The notes under the pieces are model-generated. The model made no database searches. It worked only from the letters and a program-made list of their open reading frames with translations, and was not told the origin of the DNA. From Candidatus Calditenuaceae archaeon HR02 (GTDB lineage: Archaea > Thermoproteota > Nitrososphaeria_A > Caldarchaeales > Calditenuaceae), in the NCBI GenBank assembly GCA_002898395.1, contig BEHE01000009.1, positions 18,988-82,987 of the forward strand: a DNA stretch of 64,000 nucleotides. The letters run 5' to 3'. Below are positions 58,721-64,000 of this stretch, piece after piece. The position numbers and the translations under genes are program-made. Position 1 is the first letter of the stretch. Each line of letters begins with the position of its first letter.

Positions 58721-58985
58721 GACATTGAAGTACTACATCGCTAAGCCTTTTCGGAAAGTAACTGCCGAAACACCATGTATTGCCTGTGCCATACGCTATG
58801 AATACAGTGTTTATTAACCCTAGGTCTGCTAGATGTCTGAAGATCATTGGATCTATGTTTCTGACACCTATGGCTATTCCGTTGTAGTGGCCGTCTATCA
58901 GATAGGCTGCTAGGACCGCCTCTAATCTCTGCTTTGCTACTTCGCTATTTAGCGTATCTACTGGTTCACTGACCCACTGGCTCAC
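58686..58985 (-). CDS. Hypothetical protein (accessory region)
   Basis: 99-aa ORF with a GGGGTGA SD-like motif upstream. Confidence 0.55.
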   Translation of the reverse strand: MSQWVSEPVDTLNSEVAKQRLEAVLAAYLIDGHYNGIAIGVRNIDPMIFRHLADLGLINTVFIAYGTGNTWCFGSYFPKRLSDVVLQCLEGPKKPYSTS

Positions 58986-59121
58986 CCATGGTCACCCCCA
59001 TAGGACGCCCTTTCGCCGGTGAGCGGGACGTGGGGGGTTTTGGGATTTAGTTTAGGGCACTTTGCCCGGGCACCTTGATATCGTCTGTCATTGCTGGAGG
59101 ATAGCTTTGTAAACATGTTGC

Positions 59122-59376
59122 CTACCCCTCAGGCATCACCCCCTCTACATGAGAATGCAATTTTGGTCTCATCGCCTTCGATGCCTCGCTATAGCATGTT
59201 AGTAACCCATCGCCAAGCCTGGTCAGCGCTAATGTGCCGTCGCTACCCACCTTCTTAAGCAACTCCCACTTCAACAGATCTTTTAACAGCTTCCTTTCCA
59301 CATCTTTGTGGAATACTGCCTGTCCACCCCGTATTTTCTCCATTACATGGATGTGGGCAGGTCCTAGAAGCTTCAT
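59122..59376 (-). CDS. Small winged-helix-like protein, 5' region abutting the IS5 element
   Basis: LLKDLLKWELLKKV......LT.LG..LL wHTH pattern. Confidence 0.5.
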   Translation of the reverse strand: MKLLGPAHIHVMEKIRGGQAVFHKDVERKLLKDLLKWELLKKVGSDGTLALTRLGDGLLTCYSEASKAMRPKLHSHVEGVMPEG

Positions 59377-59406
59377 TCCCGGCGTAATCTTATTTCCTTT
59401 TTCTGC

Positions 59407-60221
59407 GAACTCATCTCAAAATCCCGTTTCCGTATCTTAGGTGGGTTATTATGCATGCTATTTTTACTAGTGCTGTATATGTTGTTGATAGTCTTTCATA
59501 TCTTACTGTGATTCTCCTGAGGGTTTTTATCCATGTGAAGAACCTCTCTACAGCGCTCCTCATCTTCCTGTACGCGTCTACGTTGTAAGGCTTGGGCCTC
59601 CTGCCTCTCCTGGGGTTGAGTGGTATGTTCGGCTCTACTCCCATTGAGGAGAGCTCATTCCTCATCTCCTCTGTGTCGTATGCCGCGTCGGCGTAGAGCT
59701 CTCTTGGCTTCGTATCCAGCTCGCTGACCAGCTCCGGTAAGCTTCCTCGAGTCGTGCCAGTTCCCAGGCCCTATAGCTACCCTCAGGGGCATGGACCCTC
59801 CGTCGACGCAGACATGTATCTTGGAGCCCTTCCTCTTCCTGAAGCCGTCATAACCCACCAGATCTCCCCCTTTTTAGCCTCTACTGTACTGCTGTCTACA
59901 GCGACCCTATCCGCGCTCCTAGACGATGCAAGGGCCCTCAATATCCTATCCCAGACGCCCAGCTCCTGCCAAAGCCTAAGCCTCCTCCAGGCCGTTTTGT
60001 AAGAACCGTACTCAGCGGGCATGTCCATCCACCGGCACCCAGTCGTCAGGACATAGAGTATGCCGTTCAGCACGCGCCTGTCATCAGCCCTAGGCCTACC
60101 AACCCTAGGCTTAGGAGGGAGAAGCGGCCTAATCGACCCCCACCCGGAATCGCTAAGCTCCCTGAACTCCAAGCCGAAAACATATGACCTTAGAGAGCTT
60201 AAATAATTTTGAGACGAGTTC
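59407..60221 (-). mobile_element. IS5-family element (two-ORF, IS427-like), probably inactive
   Basis: 16-bp TIRs GAACTCRTCTCAAAAT (59407-59422, 60206-60221). OrfA LSD..W..I.PLLP..GRP..R.VLNGI..GC.W; A5G5 slippery site at 59866-59875; OrfB DG..K.KG.K.H, ADAAYD, R..VERFF. An extra frameshift lies near 59740. No TSD. Confidence 0.9.
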
Positions 60222-60229
60222 ATAGAGTA

Positions 60230-60335
60230 GAGCTCATTTCGATGTATTTAAGCTCTCTTCTCTGGCTATCTTTACGTGGAGTTTAGGGAGCTTAATGATG
60301 AATGGTTCTTAATAAGCTCCTATCTTCCCCCTCTA
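60230..60335 (+). mobile_element. Left-end remnant of a second related IS5, back to back with the first
   Basis: GAGCTCATTTCGATGTATTTAAGCTCTCT resembles the IS left end and is followed by VEFRELNDEWFLISSYLPP, homologous to the OrfA start. Confidence 0.65.
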
Positions 60336-60627
60336 TGTTACTGCTTGAAGGAGTCAAAGTCTCTACAGGAGACCAAGGGTAGGCTGGTCAGAGCCATCGT
60401 CCCACCTTATGGTTATATAATGAGAAGTAAGTTTATGCAATTGCAATAAACGATTCTCAAAATAGCTCATCTCGGCAATGTGAGGGATACTTGTGTACGG
60501 AACCACCTTGTGGCATGTGGCTACCCTCAGTTAACTGAGGGCACCCCCCTATCTATTACTATAAAGGTCCATGACGAATGTGCTGGGAAGAAGGTATATT
60601 AATCCATTATGAGACCGAGATGAGCGC

Positions 60628-61113
60628 TTATTTTATCAACCTTTTCAGTTTGTCTACGAGCTTCTTAACGTCTTGTGCATAGTCTTTAACTAGCTCAGGG
60701 CTTATTTGCACCTCATAGAAATTCTTATGTAAAGCATTTGCAATCGACCATAACCTCCCTATCTCGGGGTCATCAAGCTCAGTTCTAAGCTTAGCTACAA
60801 AATTCCATAGCTTAGCATGTGTATCCAGTGTTATCCCCCTTCTAGCCGCGACTGCCTTCAGAGCTTGGGCAGCCGCTCCCCATAACTTCTCGCCAGCCTG
60901 AACGTAATCTCCCTTAGACAATAATTCCTCAGCATCTCTGGAATACTTTTCACAGAGGTTAAGGTGCATCTCGGACTTCATCTCAGGGTCAGATAGATTA
61001 ACGTATTCGTAGATAGCCTCAAGTATAACCTCCTCTAACGAAATACCCCTAGTATCAGATAAGTCCCTAAGCTTAGCCAATAACCTCTCAGGCAACTCTA
61101 ACGTTAAAGACAA
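60628..61113 (-). CDS. PaREP1 family protein (RHH + HEPN-like)
   Basis: A.ELL.KGD.VQA.EKLWGAAAQA.KAVA, H..L and W..A..LH.NFYE. Confidence 0.88.
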   Translation of the reverse strand: MSLTLELPERLLAKLRDLSDTRGISLEEVILEAIYEYVNLSDPEMKSEMHLNLCEKYSRDAEELLSKGDYVQAGEKLWGAAAQALKAVAARRGITLDTHAKLWNFVAKLRTELDDPEIGRLWSIANALHKNFYEVQISPELVKDYAQDVKKLVDKLKRLIK

Positions 61114-61196
61114 GGGCCCAAGCGTAAGAATAACGCTTTAGAATATAAAGACTCCCACATTAAGGGTTAAGCATTAGATAACTCAGCCTCCCATAA

Positions 61197-61599
61197 TGCC
61201 TTGTGGCCTACTTCCTCTTGCTCGATGCTCTCTTCTCCCGCTGGCGCTCCTTTGTCTCTGGTTCATGCCGCGTTCAGCAATAGGTTGTATAGAATGCCTT
61301 CTGTACCATCTCCACCTTCATCCATCTAGGCTTTTCCTGTATATTGACACAATTCATCTACCTGAGCTCATCTGCATAACGCTTAACGAACTTCAGGTCA
61401 AGTATGACCTCTCCCCTCCTGATAAGCCTCTCATCAACTCTCTTCCAATAGTGGGAAGCCATTGAGATGAGGTAAGTAACGGTAGGCCATAGGCCTTACT
61501 CTTCATAAAGAACCGCCTTCAAAACATGGGAAGCACCAACGCAAAGCCAGAGAATGGGCTCAGGAGCCGGGAGAAGCCTGCGAATTAAGCCACAAGGCA
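61197..61599. mobile_element. Internally deleted IS5-like remnants bounded by inverted ends
   Basis: TGCCTTGTGGCCTACTTC (61197-61214) and inverted GAATTAAGCCACAAGGCA (61582-61599), 16/18 match. The minus strand encodes YWKRVDERLIRRGEVILDL, an archaeal IS5 transposase N-terminus. Confidence 0.65.
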
Positions 61600-61739
61600 G
61601 AGAACGAGATGAGCGAAACCATAATTAGGTCTATTAAGGGCGTTGCACAACTTAAATATTCATGGACTAGATACTGGTCTAGCTGAGTTTATGAACTCAT
61701 TACTTGATAATCGTGATCTATCACCTTACACTTCCGTTT

Positions 61740-62441
61740 TTAGGATGTTTGTACCTCCTCTATCTTCAGCGACGTGAGGTCTCCGCTCCACTTCACTACC
61801 CATATGTTTTTCTCCCTTGCTAACCGTATAGCGTCTGGGGTCGCGTAGTCAGCGTATATCACCTTTATGAGCCTCTTCCTCATCAGTTCAGGCCTCTTAG
61901 ATTTTATCAGATTCACCTTCTCAATCAGCTCTTCTACTATGTTTGTTCCAAGCCTTGCAGTAGCCTCCCCTACTACGCATAGATCCCCAGAGGCCCCGTA
62001 TATGTTGATCTCCTTGGAGTCAATAAATACCCTGTCTAGAGGGATGTCGATTCCTAGCCTATCCCTTACGTTATGTCTTATGAAGCTCAAAGCCTCCTCC
62101 TCCACGCTAATCGTTAGCCTATCTAGAGTCACTGCAACCCTGTTGAGAGTAATCCTCATGTCCCTCACTTCCTCCCATAGCCTGTTCTGGTTCTCCCATA
62201 GTTTGTTTTGGTTCTCTCTTAAACCCTTGACTTCTCCCCATAACTTATTCTGTCCTTCCTCGAGCTTTAACATCCTCTCCTCCAAGGCGAGCATCCTCTC
62301 CTCCATCTTGTCCATCCTCTTGAGGACCTCCGATAGGCCTAGGTAGCCTGCGACTGTGTACCTAAACTCTACGTCCTTCTCCAGCAGCTCTATGAACTCC
62401 CTCTTCAGCTTCTCAGACATCCCCTTAGCAGGCCCTATCAC
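61740..62441 (-). CDS. Coiled-coil protein with C-terminal degenerate PD-(D/E)xK-like domain
   Basis: LLEKDVEFRYTVAGYLGL N-terminus, QNKLW heptad repeats and EINIYG......VGEA. Start may be ATG 62420. Confidence 0.75.
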   Translation of the reverse strand: MIGPAKGMSEKLKREFIELLEKDVEFRYTVAGYLGLSEVLKRMDKMEERMLALEERMLKLEEGQNKLWGEVKGLRENQNKLWENQNRLWEEVRDMRITLNRVAVTLDRLTISVEEEALSFIRHNVRDRLGIDIPLDRVFIDSKEINIYGASGDLCVVGEATARLGTNIVEELIEKVNLIKSKRPELMRKRLIKVIYADYATPDAIRLAREKNIWVVKWSGDLTSLKIEEVQTS

Positions 62442-62475
62442 AACATGCTATATTATGCCTATTTAACACTTCTAT

Positions 62476-62625
62476 CCTTGTGGCTCAATTCCCTCGCCTT
62501 GATACCCTGCTCTGCGGTCGCTCTCTCAGCTCCATGGTTTCATGCCGGGTTCAGAAGGACATTGTATATGAACGGCTTCTGCTGTCTCGATTCCCATCCA
62601 TTTAGGCTTCTCGGACAATACTTCC
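62476..62625 (-). mobile_element. Further IS5-like right-end remnant
   Basis: CCTTGTGGCTCAATTC end motif. 62536-62625 is homologous to 61260-61350 (QKPFIYNVLLNPA*). Confidence 0.55.
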
Positions 62626-62911
62626 TTGCCTCTAGGAGATCCGTCCTGTTGACCTCTGAAATCACCCCATTAACCTCCAACTACGGGGTGTGGGGACGGA
62701 CATCTATGAATCCCACAGGGGTTGCTGTAGTTTGGCCGCGGCTATGCCTGTGTCGTTGGGGAGATTTCAAGTGCGTTCGGGTGTAGCCTCCACTGCTCGA
62801 GGCACCATATGTTGGCTTGCAGATCGCATTATTCCTGCCCCTTTTTCCTTCACGGGCCGTCTTGGTTTACTAAAACCTTTATAACTTGGTTTACCTTTTT
62901 GGTATACTGGG

Positions 62912-63139
62912 ATGTCTGTGGTTAGCGTCAAGGTTCCTCGCTGGGTTAAGGAGAAGATGAAGGAGTATGAGGATGTTGTGAACTGGCCCGAGGAGATTAG
63001 GAAGAGCATCATTACTAAGCTTGAGGAGCTGGAGAGGGAGAGGGCGGTTAGAGAGGCTATTAAGCTTCTTGAAAAGGTGGGGCCAGCTCCCCCAGGTACT
63101 GCGGCGAGGCTGGTGAGGGAAGATCGTGATAGCCATTGA
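62912..63139 (+). CDS. vapB: VapB-type antitoxin (RHH)
   Basis: MSVVSVKVP..VKEKM....VNW.EEIR and LVREDRD. Overlaps the PIN gene. Confidence 0.85.
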   Translation: MSVVSVKVPRWVKEKMKEYEDVVNWPEEIRKSIITKLEELERERAVREAIKLLEKVGPAPPGTAARLVREDRDSH

Positions 63140-63539
63140 TGCCTCAGCCTTAGCTTGCTTCTTGCTGAAAGAAGAGGGTTGGCGGGAGGTGGGTGAGGCA
63201 CTTAAAGATGGGGCACTATCCCCGGATTTGGTCTTGAAGGAGGTTTCCAATGCTATCTTGAAGAGATTTAGGCGTGGAGAAATGTCTAAAGAGGAGGTAG
63301 ATGCGGCCTTAAAGGCTTTGAAGGCTTTGATGGGGAGGGCTTTAAAAGTTGAGGGAGAGGGAGAATATGTTGAAGAGGCTATTAAGGTTGCTATGGAAAG
63401 AGGGATAACAGTTTATGATGCAATCTACATAGTCTTTTCAAAGGGTAGGAATCTGAAGCTTATAACTGCCGATGGAAGTCAAGCTAGAGCGGCGTCTGAA
63501 GAAGGGGTAGACGTGAGATTAGTGGAAGCAAGACGCTAA
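63126..63539 (+). CDS. vapC: VapC PIN-domain toxin
   Basis: IDASAL, KEV.NA, TVYDA.Y and LITAD. Confidence 0.92.
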   Translation: MIAIDASALACFLLKEEGWREVGEALKDGALSPDLVLKEVSNAILKRFRRGEMSKEEVDAALKALKALMGRALKVEGEGEYVEEAIKVAMERGITVYDAIYIVFSKGRNLKLITADGSQARAASEEGVDVRLVEARR

Positions 63540-63739
63540 GTAAGAGCAAATGCGGACGCAAGTTGTAGCCAGGAAGAGGTAAGATAGATGCGGGAAGTAC
63601 TGTTCCTCCTGAGAGCCATCCAATAAAGCGGGAGGAGGAAAATAGTTCTTCGAATACTCCGAAAAGATCCACGCCAAGGCTCATGATTTGATTACTTAGC
63701 TCGGTTTGTTTGGTTTATAATTCCTCTATTCTAGCTCTA

Positions 63740-64000
63740 GGGCGCTGTCAACCAGGTATTACACCTCCTTCTCCAATTACGTTCAGGAGTGAGTTGTGGA
63801 TCAGAGCTATTGCGCTCACCAACTCCTCTATGCTCTTCATCGTTTTAGCGTTCACGTTGTTGTAGAGCCTCTTTGTCCTGTCCTTAAGTTCCCTGAACCA
63901 CCTCTCTATCCTGTTCCTTTTACCGAAGGTCTCATGTACGTATTCAAGTCCAAGCCTCTTCAATGCCCATGGATACCAAGGACCTCTATCAACTACTATC
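63740..64000 (-). mobile_element. IS6-family element, 3' part (continues beyond the window)
   Basis: VDRGPWYPWALKRLGLEYVHETFGKRNRIERWFRELK.RTKR. End motif GGGCGCTGTCAAC overlaps the stop. Confidence 0.85.

Noticed and set aside
60283-60322. Hairpin containing ATGATGA (box C-like)
   Set aside because: No box D. The sequence is explained as the start of an IS5 transposase remnant.
1-64000. CRISPR arrays, tandem TIGR arrays, tRNA and rRNA genes
   Set aside because: No regularly spaced direct repeats or tRNA/rRNA signatures were recognised by eye. Intron-containing tRNAs could have been missed, so tRNAscan-SE should be run.

Overview
Archaeal chromosome segment, probably from a thermophilic TACK-lineage organism. 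An Aigarchaeota/Caldarchaeales-like source is an inference from rps25e, the nurA-herA-mre11-rad50 order, FBP aldolase/phosphatase, DnaK/DnaJ, a histone-fold gene and PaREP1-type genes. About 1-57 kb is mostly housekeeping. It includes a DNA-repair cluster (SWIM-Hef-like helicase, Hjc-like nuclease, NurA-HerA-Mre11-Rad50 with no zinc hook in Rad50) and an intein-containing radical SAM gene. From about 57.3 kb onward is an accessory region: AT-richer orphan genes after rps19, IS5 and IS6 remnants, PaREP1 and VapBC. Signals the ORF track misses or misreads: (1) two dispersed copies of a long hairpin with a two-fold symmetric, variable internal loop, each next to an IS110/Nop-like gene remnant, a candidate RNA-guided element; (2) a C/D-box RNA whose two guides pair with each other, just downstream of an unannotated 58-aa histone; (3) a 44-aa Glu/Trp microprotein; (4) a 120-bp MITE with a 9-bp target-site duplication; (5) a codon-usage switch inside rps19. 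No tRNA, rRNA or CRISPR array was recognised. All calls are by eye from motifs; no database searches were run.
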